From NCBI GenBank assembly GCA_030141605.1, contig JAQGDQ010000035.1, positions 186,001 to 250,000 of the forward strand: a stretch of 64,000 nucleotides of DNA, given 5' to 3'. The notes under the pieces are model-generated. The model saw only the letters and a program-made list of their open reading frames with translations. It searched no databases and was not told the DNA's origin. A program made the translations under genes and the position numbers. Origin of the DNA: Tubiluchus corallicola. Lineage: Eukaryota; Animalia; Priapulida. Numbering within the stretch: the first letter of the stretch is position 1; every line of letters begins with the position of its first letter. Below, one piece after another: positions 1-13,757 of the stretch.

Positions 1-221
1 TAGATGTAGAACAGAGAGATTCAAGAATAGTTTTATCTCATATGGCTTATTTAGTTTCCAAGCTTAAGTTTTGACTCATTTAATTTTAATTTATTTCGTT
101 CATGTATCTTGCAACAGTGTTTGTCGGTTCTACCTTGCTTTTCTTTTAAAAAAATTTTTGATTTTGTAATTCTATGCTGTGTTGTGCTTCAATCTTTTGG
201 TTGTAATGATGATAAATAAAC

Positions 222-324
<103 letters not shown>

Positions 325-1225
325 GATAGTAACAAGCTTAATTGTAGGCGTTCCCCCAGACAAAATTATAACGCTTGAAGGCATTTGTAAATTTAAAAGA
401 CCCAAACACTTTGCATCTTCACAGAGATTCGAACCCAGTATCTTCTGCTTTTCTGTTCTTACTTAAACTTAATTGCATTTTAAAAGCAATTCATGTGTAA
501 ATATGCTACAAAAACTTTGAAAAATGTCCTATTTGCATAAATACTCAACTCAAAATGTATGAGTTCTGTTTTTATTTCTTTGCTATTTGTAAAAGTAGAA
601 CTAGCTCTGAAATTGCCTTCCTGGCTTACGAAACTTCGCATCCTTCTAAAACTGTGGTGTCAGTCAGCACAAGTCCTTTGTTCCCCAGAAACTCATCTAA
701 TCCGTGCACTGCATGGCTTCTGCACCAGATGAAATACTTTGAATCACGCCTTAAAACTTCCTTTTTTTTGTTCTGTCCCCGAAATTTAATTGTATTTTGT
801 TATTAAGGAAGTTATAATTTTGTTTGACTGATTTTAATCTGAAGATGGGTTAAGCTGTTGATCCGAAATGTAGCTGAAGTATTATGTTAGAATAAAGAAT
901 AAAATAGTATTAGATATAACAAAAGCAGCACAGCTACTATAGTGCAGACTGAAACATTAAACAGTATTCGCGCATCTAAAACGTCTCAGAAATGGTTGAA
1001 TTTTAGATAGACATGACTCAGGGTCAAAACATTGTACAACCGTCAGGCTTTACTACGCATACAACATAGACACTTCGCACAAATATCGTCTCCACATTGC
1101 AGAAGAGTCTAACAAAGTCTGGAACTATTTCTAACTTGCACCAGTCGCGGTTTGGAATAGATTTGTAAGATAAAATTGTACGATGTCTTGTGTTCGGGGC
1201 CAGTAGGAGGTCTAGGCTACAGACT

Positions 1226-1449
1226 GCAGGCACCCACAGTGCTTGTAGTCATCAGGCTGAGCAGCACACGGCAGACACCCACAGTGCTTGTAGTCATCAG
1301 GCTGAGCAGCACACGGCAGACACCCACAGTGCTTGTAGTCATCAGGCTGAGCAGCAAACGGCAGGCACGCACAGTGCTTGTAGTCTTCAGCACACGGCAA
1401 ACACGCATAGTGCTTGTAGTCTTCTGGCTGAGCAGCACACGGCAGACAA
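1226..1449. repeat. 45-bp minisatellite, about 5 copies
   Basis: Unit cacagtgcttgtagtcatcaggctgagcagcacacggcagacacc, with internal deletions in later copies. Confidence 0.95.
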
Positions 1450-1793
1450 GCGGTTGACATTTTTGCGTTTAACATCATCGTGTTATGTTTTGTAACTACA
1501 AATCATTAATTGGCTTTTGGTGCTAATTTTTATTAATAAATGAAAGGTATTTATTAGTAAATGTCTTTGTCCATTTATTAAGAATTGTGCCCTTTATTGT
1601 TTTCAGCCTGCAACTTTGATGATATCCTTGCTTAACTGTGCATTTGGTCATTGTTATGAATTAGTTATGTAACGGAAAAGAAAAACAAAAACATCCAGCA
1701 AATTTCAAATTAGTTTACCTGGAAGTTCAAACAGTTGGCGTCTTTGTTCAATCCATAACTTCAGGAGAAATGCAGATGTCCAGTTGCTCTTAC

Positions 1794-2111
1794 TGTAGAC
1801 AGTGCACACTTGCCACAAACCTGACATCCAAGACGTCACGGTTACGGGCTGATCAGTACGAGTGGCTTCCATTATCCGCTCATGTTTGTGACATTTAAAT
1901 TGTTCCAAGTCTCCCAAGTACACTCTGTCACATGTCTCCAGCCATTGGTTAGAACAGATGGAAATCGATAGGAAACCGACACCAATCATTGCACAGAAAA
2001 TGGCACAACACTCCAACGTCTGTTTAGTGATGTGCAAGCCGACTAGAGAAAACGTCCTGCCACACATTGTCTTTCTGTTGGCTTCCAAGGCTTCACGCAC
2101 TGGCTTCGCTC
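1794..2111 (-). CDS. Exon of a PMP22/EMP/claudin-superfamily membrane protein (TM1 plus first extracellular loop); partial gene
   Basis: Translation has a hydrophobic helix (CCAIFCAMIGVGFLSISIC) followed by SNQW...SGLWQVC, the W-GLW-C claudin/PMP22 signature. Acceptor ttgtttgcttag| at 2112/2111, candidate ATG at 2067, phase-1 donor A|GTAAGA at 1794/1793. Confidence 0.7.
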
Positions 2112-3639
2112 CTAAGCAAACAACAAATGCATGTTAAACTAAATTTCCCCGGAGGTTGTGCGTTTTCGTGCTTAGCTGTTAGGCCTATACGATCATCATT
2201 TGCTGCTGCCTATTTGTGTTCAGTTGCTAAAACATTCATGCTGATACGTGAATTATTTTAGCGAAGGAAACTGATTTCCCTAACGTCAGTAACTTTCAGG
2301 CTTGAAAAACTTGTGGTACTGTCGTTTCTAATTACTGATAAATTATCTCGTGTTACTGAAATGAGTTTTAAAAATAAGTGCTTTTACGCCACTTGGCACC
2401 ATTTCATAATACTGGCATTAAATGAATTTTAACATTTTCAAGGGATGAATGCGTTTTTTCTTGTACACCAGAAACTGGGTAAAAGTAAGAATAGGTTTAT
2501 TTTCATCTCATTACTATTACCATTAGTAATTATTAATCTTAGTTTTACCCCCATTTAAATTACTATTACATTCATTTTCGGTGCATTACCACATTAAAGC
2601 AAACAATGTCTTCGCTATAATGTTTTATTATTTCACGCTAGTAAGGCCAATAACTAATTTAGCTCAATTTTAAGACTTCGCTGTTTAAAAGTAACTGCCA
2701 AACGTCACCAAATCACGTTTAAGGATTGGCAGCAAATGTCACAGCCGCACTGCTACTTCCGAAACATACACATTACCCAGAATTCTTTGTCACATAATTA
2801 TCTTTTTGTTATCTGCAACAATTTTTGACCTGCCGATGTACAGCTATTTTACAGCCGCAGCTAGAACAATTATTCATCGTAATAGTCGCCAAGCCATCAT
2901 TTAAACAACCATAAAGCAAGCAAACCTTCCATTAAGAACTTCAGTTTTCTCGCGAAATGAAGCTGCGTAATTAATTTTTAGTTCCACCAGGAAGCCAAAA
3001 CTGCACCTTTTAAAAGCCAGTTAAAAACTTCTTAAATGATTCTCTTTGCCGTCTGGCTTCATTACATTTGCGCCAGCGGCATCACTTAACACGGTTTCAT
3101 GAAGATGAGCCATCCAAAAGTAATGAATAATTCACCACCTGAGACGTGTATGTCCGGAAACGGAATGAATTCAGAATTAGTTTATCATTTTATCTTTATG
3201 AAAGGTTGAGCGTTGAACTCCTTGTTGGTTGAGGATTCCTACCGAGGAGAGTGAAACAGGAAAGATATTAGGTGTCATTTCATGTCCACGTATTGTAATC
3301 TGAGCGTTCCATGCGTGGATTATCAAGAAACAAATCACGAAAAAAGTGGTTTTATATATACTCTAATGGAAATGTTTATGAGCAGTTTGAAGATGCTATG
3401 TACACACCATACGAACAGAAGTTCTGAAGTTACCAACAGCTTGCTTGTGTGCTGATATGTAAAATGAAAAATAAACAAATGTACATCATTTATTTTGTCT
3501 TACCTTTCTGTTCCCTTTATTCGCTTATTGGTTTGTTACTTCCTGTATTTCTCACTTACTCTTATTTGCAAATTTAATTAATTGGAATTTTTTATTTGTT
3601 CTTTCTTAATAGTGGTGTGCAGAACATTTGCAATATGTA

Positions 3640-3855
3640 TAAATGTTAGACACTGGAATAGAGAGACTGCGAGGCAAGAAACACAGGATAGATGTATAGC
3701 AATTATTGCAACAGCATCTTACCAGGCAATTACATGAGTGTGATGTATGTAGAAGAATGTGCCACTCGAGAATTGACCTTCCTAGTCATAGCGGAAAATA
3801 CATAAATGCAGACAAGCGGTTTCGTCAGGCAACTGATGCTCAACATGATGATAAC
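3640..3855 (+). mobile_element. RTE-clade LINE 3' remnant (C-terminal C2H2 finger)
   Basis: HECDVCRRMCHSRIDLPSH resembles the RTE C-terminal CxxCxRxCxSRIGLxSH motif; followed by a short ATG-repeat tail. Confidence 0.65.
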
Positions 3856-4079
3856 ATGCACTATATACTGTACATACACATACTCCATACAGTACAACAT
3901 ATTTAACATACATAACAATAAAGCACATACAGTCTACAGAAGCACTTTTGCATAAATATAATTACAGAACGGCATCCTATAAGCTTTATACTTATAGGTA
4001 TAATAGCTCAACCTTGTAAAAATACAAAATGCTACGTTAAAATTGACATGACACAGAGCGCTAATATTTATAATACATG

Positions 4080-4487
4080 CAGGCCCTATTTCAGGGGGGG
4101 GAGTGGGGATACTTCCCCGGAGCCTCACCCTCCAGGGGGGCCTCGCGCCGAGGTAACGCACGCGCGCCGTTTGCCTTGTGCGGCTCGGTGCCTATGTTCA
4201 GCTGTTTTCAATTTCAAAATTTCTAACACCGGCTTGTACGGAAGTGAGAGTACGGTATTATATATTGCAAGCATGTTGTTTTTGATTTGACTATTTGACA
4301 AGTATTAAGGACTGGTCTTGAGAAGAAAGCAGTTTTTCTTTCAATTTTTCTCTCCTTTAACAACTCCACATTTTCTCTTCAAAAATGCTTCTCCGGCGTT
4401 CTAGCAGTTCAAAACTTTTTTTCACCCTCCCGAGGGGCCTCACACGCCCCACTTCCCCAGGCCTCGCTTAGACTGAAATAGGCCCTG
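4080..4487. mobile_element. Non-autonomous hAT element (MITE)
   Basis: 15-bp TIRs caggccctatttcag / ctgaaataggccctg (1 mismatch); perfect 8-bp TSD aatacatg at 4072-4079 and 4488-4495. Confidence 0.9.
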
Positions 4488-6254
4488 AATACATGTATCA
4501 CAGATTTTTAACAAGCACTGCGAATAATTCTTAATTGCATTTACTTAATAGTTTGATTTATCTGCAGATATTTTTGACTAGCAATTTCAGTCTCTGCTGC
4601 GCAAGTGGTACTTATAAATGTACTTTTTGTAATAATGTCACATTTCTTTACACAGTTCAACTCGCTGCAAACCGGACGAAGTGTCTAATAGCTTGCACTA
4701 AGGCCAGAAAGCAAATGTACGTCCCAAGAAGTGCAAAATCTGTGAACTCCTAAATGAACAAAAACTAATAGATTAACTGGTGCTTCAACTTCATTTTACT
4801 CTGTGCAATAGTTTTCTCCTTTTTTCCAACATCTCAAGGCAAACCGTGGCATTAATTTTACATATCCCAGGGATTCTTATTAAATAAACAAACTTATCTA
4901 AATCATTAAAGTTGTCATTATCTTATCAAAACTCATTAAAGTTGGCTTCGTGTTGAATTATAGATTCTGTCAAATTAATGCGTCCATTGCCAAAATCAAT
5001 ACAATGTAACAAAAAGTGCATCTCATCCTCGATAGCACCACAGTTACATAACTGACATAATCGTTCATTAACATTTTAATTGTAAAATATTCCAATATGT
5101 ACAAGACTTTATATTTCTCACCGTTTCCAGTAGTTTCTATCTTAAATGAAATGCGCCAGTCCTATTCATTCGCAAGTTAAAATTTTTAACTATTCTTATT
5201 AGGTAAACTTGTTGTCATTTTTAACTATTCTTATTAGGTAAGCTATATATATATATAGTCCAGTGAGGATCTTAAATTATGTTTTGAAACTGTCTGATCC
5301 AGTCTTATAATAAATTACGTTTAAACTAAACTAATGATAGCCGAAAGTTACAGCTGCAGTTAGATTTAAAACCCCAATGTTCTCTTATAAGTTTTTTGGG
5401 CATTTCGAAAAGCTGGTCCTTATTTTGGCAGTTTGAATTAGTGCACTCAACTGTAGAAGTGCATTGATCGAATTCTGTCCAAGTTTCCTTTAGTAATGTA
5501 ATAAATTTTATTGCTGCTTATGAGGAAATCAAAAGTTTTGAAATATTAGAAACCAAAGTCATCGATTGTGCCACCTGGTGCCACACCACATAAAATAAAA
5601 ATCGCTCGAATAGTATTTGTCTTATACCTTGAATTTGGAATAGTTTTACAATGCACTGTTAGCTAAAATGAATGTGAAAAATTTACTTGTTTTGTACTTG
5701 ACTAAAGGACTGGGCAGCTCACGGGATCATTTTCACTATTGCGTTGGAATGTGAATATTTTTACTACGTCTTTAGTTCTTTTTGGTTACGAATAAATTCT
5801 CCAACGTATTTTATAGAGTATTAAATTATTAAATTAAATTTAAATGAATTTGAATAGTGCTTTCTCAAATTAAGTACTAACAACATTTTCCAATATCTAT
5901 TAAGATCAACGAAAAACACTTAAAATTTAGCATTTTTAATTTCGTTCTTAATTTCACTTCACTTTACCTTATTCGATAATTATGATTCTAATCAAATTGT
6001 TTAACTACAGGGTGTTCCCAAAGAAACAATGCAGTTGAAATAAACTGATATGCGTATAATGGACAGTACAAAAACCAATTATACAGCAGGAAATTTGGGG
6101 TCATTCAAATATAATTATTTTACGGCACTAAGATGTCATAGTGGAGTTCTTCATTTTTGAGCTGATAGGTTTATTTCGAAGCACCAAAACTAATGAAGTT
6201 GAGCGTTGTTTATAAAATGCAGAGTTGCTCCTGTTGTTCGCATTTGGAAGCTAA

Positions 6255-6798
6255 AGGAAGATAGGATAATTTTTCACATCCTACTCCGTTTTCAAGTATT
6301 GTAAAAAGTGTACATTTTAACATCAATAATACTGCAAAAGCGTTTCTGATAATTAAATAATGGTTTCTTAATAAAACGGCAGGCGCGCCCAACTATTGAT
6401 TAAATCACAAATCAACAATTTTCAACAGCACAAACATTCAGGAGTGTGTTGCACGTGTTTGCGAAAGTAAAGAATACTGAAGTATAGAGTGCTACTGTAA
6501 GAGATTCAGTGTGCTATACCAAAATTTGCAACTTTCAAGATAAAAATTAAGATTTCGTATTTACTACTGTGCTCACGCATGAGCTGTCTTAACTGAGAGG
6601 TGTCGCACCTTCATTTAGTACAATGCGTTTCCGAAATGCAGGCCGCTAGTGCCCGTCTAACTAGGAAACGCGAAACCGCGTTTGTGTGGTAATAATTCTT
6701 CCACGCAAGTCGTTCTTGAAAAAATGGTATGTTTCCCTTTCAATAATTAAAGAGTAGATTGTTTTGACCTACAGTTTCAGATAGGGTCATGTGATCCT
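6255..6798. mobile_element. Kolobok-like MITE, copy 1
   Basis: Starts ctaa|AGG and ends CCT|ttaa; reverse-complement homologue of 13138-13757 over its length. Confidence 0.7.
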
Positions 6799-7449
6799 TT
6801 AACAGTGCACACTTCCAGTGTTATTTTAGTAAGCCCTGCAATTTCCTACTATGTGACTTCGCATTTCACAGAATTTCAGCATAATTGTCAAAATATTCCT
6901 ACTGCGCTGTTTCTTCTGAAACATCCTTTATCGATGCGAGTTTTTGTTGCGTACGTAGAAACAAGTGCAAATAATTTTACCCGGTACTTGTCATCACCAC
7001 CAACACCACAATTTCGCCAGCAAACTGTATTGATTTTATATGGAATTTGTGGTCATCATAACCACTCTGTGAATTCACTTAAGACACATATGCTGTGACA
7101 ATCGTTATACGTTACAGCACAAATTACTGCGCACATTGCTAATAGATTCATCCAGAACCTACATGCATTGATCCACTGCAGCAGTGTTCTGTGTTTTAAT
7201 GCCAGCTAAACCTTATTATATATCATATGGCCTGCAGGATTGCGCAGAAGGGAGGAGATATATATATTTGCTTCTCAACAGTGTGGACAAGCACTGGCTA
7301 TTGTTATTGGATTGTGCTGATAATGGACATAATCCTCAATAGAATTTATAAATGATTTTGCGAATCCATTTTACTAGGAGTCCATGGCAGTTAGTCGGGC
7401 AAATGCTAAACGCGTATGCAGCTACGATTAATGAAAAATTTCGTAATTA

Positions 7450-7850
7450 AAATCAAACTAAATCCTCGCTATAATATAAGCTTTTGCAACTTAAAATCCT
7501 ACTCTCATTATGAATATTCAATTGACTTTATTATAACTTACAGTAAAACTTCTTTCTTTTGATTTTTTATCAGTTTGTTGCTAGCGGTATTAAATTTGAA
7601 TCGCACCATTTTTCGTTGCGACAGACGAATGACGTAAAGAGTGCAGTCACGAGGTCACCAAAGATTGGCAAACACGCATTGGTAACGAAAGACGCTTTCT
7701 GTACCTCACACGTCATTCTCGCTCATTCGCGCCAAAGACGCGAAACGATCTTTACGGCAATGCACGCGTTCGGAACTCGCTAGAAAAAAGTTAAATTGTT
7801 TAATTTATGTTTCGTTTGTTTAATAATAACTATGAATTCTTTACGAATTA
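7450..7850. repeat. Dispersed repeat, copy 1 (unclassified, ~400 bp)
   Basis: Colinear similarity to 56365-56725 (shared tagcggtattaaatttgaa, cagtcacgaggtcac, cgcgccaaagac). Confidence 0.8.
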
Positions 7851-8059
7851 TAAAGTCTGTCGTGGTTATAAAAGCCTGAAAAAGGAAAAGCATGACATTT
7901 CAAATCACAGTTGTGGTCGCTGGGCGGAAGATTAAGGCAGCTAATTAATTTAATGATTACACGTATATTCAGTTGGATGATTGAAAATCGATGGTCACGT
8001 GACAGTAGTGTGTCTGATCGGTCTAACTTTGTCTCTGGCAAATCTTAAATTTTAAATTT

Positions 8060-8660
8060 AAATGACGAGATACAACATAACGCTTATATAAGATGTTGAA
8101 AAACTGAACGACTTGATCAAAATTTTGAGTGGAAAATGTAGCATGATGCGCAGTGCAACAGAACATAAACTAAACTCGAAGAACGGCAATGTGCCCAAAA
8201 TGGAAAAAAGATTGAACAATATGTCGGAAAACGTAGCAGGAGTAAAATTTGCCTACAGTGCTGCAGTCAAAGACGATCTAGAAACAATCTGCTTTTAGAA
8301 AATAAAACTAAAGTGGGTCGCCCAGCAGCTATATTTTGAGCGAGTGCAATCCAAAAAAGATCGTGAATAGGAAAAGTGAAGGACAAAAAGCTTGTGCAGC
8401 CCAGCAAACTAATTAGACAAAATCTCAGTGAATTCTACCCAAGGAAAAGAATTGTAATAGCTTTTAGAACAGATATAGCAAAAGTTCAGATACAAACAAA
8501 AGAGGAAGCAATGGAAATTGTAAGAAGTTGGAAACCACATTTTTTGGATGAAGAAACAACAGCAAGAAGGCCTGCGAAACTTGGTTTTCTGCGGGATTGT
8601 AAACCAACCCTGAGTGAACAAGATATCAAGACAACCTGTAAGGACAATTTTCTCATAGTA
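8060..8660 (+). pseudogene. Degenerate LINE ORF1-like fragment
   Basis: Broken frames with coiled-coil-like start, YSAAVK motif and lysine-rich segment; no splice structure. Assignment by general resemblance only. Confidence 0.4.
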
Positions 8661-10262
8661 GTGATCACATTGGATAATTTTCAATTGGCTCCCTATCCGA
8701 AATTAATCAACCGGTTGGGTTTTAGCATTCTACAAAGTTTCATGTTTTTAAGGCAAAATGAGCAATTACGTCATTTCGTGCAACATTTGCAGCCATCTTG
8801 AAATAGGGTGATATTATAAAGGTATTCAAGCATTAGGTACGGATTTCTTGACCTTTAAAACCTATAATTAGGCACCAAAATTATTATCCTGTCTGCTCTG
8901 ATAGCTAAGACATAGCCCTTATAAACTAGCAACAGACATATTGTCGGGCATCTCGAAAATTGCAGGCATCTCAAAAACTGGATGAATTTCGATTGACTCC
9001 ATAACCAAATTAATCACCTTAATAAACTCTAGCACTGTGCGAATTTCATGCTTTTGAATCCAAATGAGCATTTTTTCACAATTCTGGTAAACTAGTCAAA
9101 ATGGCGGACATCTTTTTGACAGCATAATTTTTGGCGCCGTTTGCTTTTGGTGAAAGTAAACTTTTCTGCTTACTTTCAAACTAACTATATCTTGGACGAA
9201 AATTCGCTAAAATTTTTTACTCTTGTTGCGAAGTTTGGGGTAGCGCTTATAAAATTAGTATAAATTCTGTATTTTTAATATAAAAATGGCTGTCAGAATT
9301 TTAGGTAAAGTTTATTCAAGAGAAAACACACACGAACTGTTCTATAATTTAAAACTACTTAAATTGGTTGATAATAGATTTTAAAATTCTGTTAATATTA
9401 CATGCTGCTAAAAGAGGTCATTTACCTGGAAATTTGCAAAAGAGATTTTCCTTCGTTAATAATCCAATCAAAATTACACGACAGCGAGGCAAATGCAAAA
9501 TAGTTTGAAACTCAAAAAAAAATTTAAACACAATTAGTCTATCTTTTCTTGATTCTAAATTATGGAACGATCTACAAAAGGCTATAAAAGATTGTTTAGT
9601 TGCCCATTTCACAGTGAGGTCGCAAGGAAAAACAACACACAGAATTACTATCAGCAAAATCTGAAAATTTCTGAAAAATTCCGATTTTTCTCGAAATACC
9701 ACGCAGCAAGAAAGTTCATTTCACAGTGAAATCGTGTGGATATTTTCCCCGTGCAGTTAACTGCAGCTACTTTGCAAGTTTTATACTATATAGAACCATC
9801 TCTAAATAAAATTTAATTATACTTGCGGTATTTCACATATATAAAGTACAATTAATAATGTTAGTCTATGTAATGACAGAGATTTTGTTTTTTAGCAAAG
9901 TTCTACTAATCTCTTTAGTGTGCGCACTTGAAAAAAAGGTGGGTCAAAAAGAAAATTTTGGAGAGATATAGATAGTTGACGTCATTTTATGTACATTAAT
10001 TTTAAACATCTTTCAAGTGTGCAGGTTTTGTTATGTGTATCACCTTGTTATATCAAGACGAAATATAGCTCATTTAACAAATGTGAGAGAGGAAGGACTC
10101 TACGGGTCTTACACATCATCCTCTCATACATTTCATATAATATCACGCAGGCTTATTTAAAATTATGTAATAATTATTCATTTTAATTATGTAACTTTAA
10201 TTGTGCTTTTGTACCCATGTATTAATGAAATGTAAATACATAAATTATTGTTGTTGTTGTAT

Positions 10263-10264
10263 AC

Positions 10265-10321
<57 letters not shown>

Positions 10322-10484
10322 CATTATCATTATCATTATCATTATCATTATCATTATCATTATCATTATCATTATCATTATCATTATCATTATCATTATC
10401 ATTATCATTATCATTATCATTATCATTATCATTATCATTATCATTATCATTATCATTATCATTATCATTATCATTATCATTATC

Positions 10485-10520
<36 letters not shown>
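10263..10520. repeat. (TAT)n-(TATCAT)n compound microsatellite
   Basis: Long perfect hexamer run flanked by TAT runs. Confidence 0.98.
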
Positions 10521-11010
10521 TATGAAATAATTATGGACATAGAATTTAATTGCAATGTTCACTACTTGTAAAAACACCAAATTTTGAACTAACTACTTTG
10601 AATAACATGAGCAAATCGGCGTGCATGACCTTGTTCAGCACGTGAGTATGCCTGATACAGTGCAGTTTACACTTATGCGACTGAGGGCTTTTATTTTGGC
10701 TCGTACCTCGGGCTCTTAAACAATACCAGCTTTCTAACCCACCATCGTCTCAGTGCAGGTGTCTACCCAGCAAGTTTCCTGACTTTAGGTATTGCAGTTT
10801 TCACATTATTCAATGTTATAATTATGTTGAATGACACAAACAGTTACTAACCGGTGTCCTATGTTCTGTAGCCTGTGTCCTTGACACTTTTACGGTGATC
10901 ACCGCACGTCACATCATTGTCTGACCCATACCTCAGATGTCTACCCTATAAGTTTCATGATCCTAGCCCTTTGCATTTAAGAGTTAAGACCAATTATACG
11001 TGGACGCTTA

Positions 11011-11124
11011 GTGGCCCGTTCAAACCTAAAGACTTCTTTCGCAAACTTCTCTCTGAGAGTAAAGTTGCAAAACGTGTGAACGGTTTGGCAACTTCTCTCA
11101 GAGTCTGATCGTCTGAACGCACCA
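11011..11124. mobile_element. Small PIF/Harbinger-like MITE
   Basis: Imperfect TIRs tggcccgttcaaac / gtctgaacgcacca flanked by tta and taa; internal inverted caaacttctctc-type repeats. Confidence 0.5.
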
Positions 11125-11640
11125 TAAGAAATCTTTTGATTACCTGACATTCTTTACTAGCCAAAATTGTGACATTTTTCTGTGACTTGTTTCCTAGCCA
11201 AAACTGTGACTTTTAACTTTTTTCCTGTGACTCTATTACCGGCCATCGAAAAATAAGCATATGGTTTCTAGACTCACACTGCCTTATTTCGTTCATAATT
11301 ATTATTACATATGTATAATAATAGTTCTGAGTCATAATTAATTATATACATATATTAATAAATGCTATATATATATATATATATATTTATGATTGTGATT
11401 GCTAGAATTTTTTTATAAACCACTGCAGTTTATTTTTCCAATTATTATTCATTGCGGGCAATAACTTGGAGAAAAAAACGAGACGCTGAAAAATTGTTGA
11501 CTGTTCACCAAAACTAGGACTTTGCGACTCTTGAATTAGCCGAAATTTTACATTGGAAAACTAGCAGATTACCTTAATTAGTATAATGAAGCAAGATGTG
11601 ATGGTCTTTAATAATTTGGTAGCATTTATTAATAACGTGT

Positions 11641-11933
11641 TCACAATTCACCTCTAAATTTGTCTAATGTAACAATTATTGCGATAAAGATGCTTAAAGT
11701 CGACTGCTCATTATTTCTGCTTCTTGATAAGGGAGAATATGCGCGCCGAGTATTTTCATATTCGTAACATCTATATTCATCACATGCACATCCAAATTCC
11801 CACGGCTCCATGGGATCGCGAGAAGTATGAGTTCTGTTGGGTTCTACACAGTCGAACCTTTTCACTTTGATATGAGTTTCTTCCTGGCATCTCAGCAACC
11901 AGACCATTGAACAATTGCATATAAGATTGTTGT
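11641..11933 (-). CDS. LRR protein, coding exon 3 (second LRRCT and short hydrophobic C-terminus)
   Basis: Acceptor ttgtatgtttcag| at 11934/11933. Splicing gives ELFLEN-NNLICNCSMVWL...FDCVEP (LRRCT); ends STLSIFIAIIVTLDKFRGEL-stop. The three exons total 1548 nt and stay in frame. Confidence 0.8.
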
Positions 11934-13137
11934 CTGAAACATACAAGATTATTTAAGATTTTGAGACGTAAACAGGCCTACATATCTCTACTTGAGCTTG
12001 TTTTCCACCAAGAGTCTTCAAGTGCTTATTGCCGCTGTTTGGTAATTCTTGTATAATTCTTTTTTACAATCTGGTTAAAGAGCAAGAAAAGGGAGTTTTA
12101 AAGTAAATCCAAAAGAATCCAAGATTATATTATTTAGCATTACGATTACCTGTTTGAAAGGTTTATGTATTTGAAAGAAGAAATTCGTAATAATTTAAAA
12201 TATTCGCGCCAACAAGAAAAAAACGGCATCGCATCGCAATCCGAATGTGCACCTCTGATTTAGCAAAAACAACTATTGATTTTATTGAAAATATTACGTA
12301 ATTTAATTTTTGCATATAGTTAGCGAAGAATGTGCTACAAATGCTCTGATTTTTTTCAAAAGTTAGATAATGTGCCTAACGGTCATTGCGGGAGTTTAAA
12401 TTTACTAGTTTTGTACAGTATTACTGCTAACGCAAATCCTGTATGCAGTAAGACAGCATGTATTTGATAAAATTTCAAGACGATTTATGAAGAGTGTTTT
12501 CTTGTGCTTTAAATAATTTCTCTGATTAATTAACAGAGAGATAAATCTGTAGCCACAAAATACTACATAAATGCTGCTAGTTTATGATCCCATGCTCCAA
12601 GTGGAAATCACACAAACCGTACTATAAGCAAAATAAACTGACATTATTTAGTGTTCTCCAAAGATTAACTTTCTAAATAATTAAGGAATCCTGAATTGAA
12701 AATGTTTTTTAATTGCAAGAAGAGTTGAAATGTTGTGTTAAAATTTAAATCCTTTTTTCCATTACCCCTATAGATATTTGCTTTATTTGTAAATCAAAAA
12801 GTAACAACCAAAAAATTAGAACTACTTTGCCGTAGGTCTTGAGGTAAAGTCGTCGATTATTTTTTTGTGCTTTACACTGAAAATTGCTGTTTTTCAATCT
12901 TTAATTGCATTTATATTATCCATCGAAGTTCTCAAGTTCTGTAGTTCTCTGTAACTCTGGATAAAATGGTTCCGTATCTTTTGAGTTTTGCAAATATTAT
13001 AGAAATTTCAAAAGTTTTTTTGAATATTTGTTCAAGAATTTCGTCCGCGAATTGCAAAACGAAGTGCGCGGCTGTCGGATTTTACGTTTTTTAGACTTGT
13101 CTCAAGCTCATGCAAGCAATCTCTACAAATATCTTAA

Positions 13138-13757
13138 AGGAAGACCGGACCCAATCGTAAATCCTATGTCAAAACAATCTACTCTTTAAAATATTGAAAT
13201 GAAACATACTATTTTTTCAATAATAGCTGCCGTAAGGGAATTATTACCAAACAAACGCAACTTCGCGTTCGTGTCACTAGTTCTTCGCTCTTACATGCAT
13301 TTGGCCATTCACTAGTTAGATAGCCACTAGCGCCAGCATTTCGAAAATGAGTTACACAAAAAACAGGTCTTGTACCTCTCATTTCAGAGCTGTGTGTTTA
13401 CGACATACTACACACGTTCGACAGCTTACGCGCGTGAACACAGCTGCAATTTTGAAATTTGAATTTTTATCGTAAAAACTTGCCATGTTTTAGTGTAACA
13501 TGCTAAATCTCTTAAAGTAGTGCTGTAATTCAATTTTCTCTTTTACAAAGATGTGCAACACGCTCGTGGAATGTTTTTGCTGTCAAAATTATGTTCGTTT
13601 GTGATGTCATCAATAGCTGGGCTCGCCCGCCGTTAAATAAAACTTTAATCTATTATTTAATTATCAGAAACGCCTTTGCAATATTATTGGTGTTAAAATG
13701 TATATGTCTCCTGTACTTGAAAGTGGGATAGTATATGAAAAATCACCCTGTTCTCCT
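13138..13757. mobile_element. Kolobok-like MITE, copy 2 (in an LRR-gene intron)
   Basis: TTAA|AGG...CCT|TTAA termini with TTAA TSD; inverted homology to 6255-6798. Confidence 0.75.

Noticed and set aside
630-750. Possible next exon of the claudin-like gene (IWCRSHAV...TDTTVLEG)
   Set aside because: No pyrimidine-rich acceptor in the required phase 1.
10187-10580. Long ORFs with poly-I, MI, SL and DN repeats
   Set aside because: Translations of the TATCAT microsatellite; the same applies to ORFs at 172, 21116-21846, 28157, 51029 and 55176.
11990-12070. Possible extra LRR-gene exon after ttaaccag on the minus strand
   Set aside because: The peptide has no LRR character and would interrupt the LEN-NNLICNC motif; the donor is weak.
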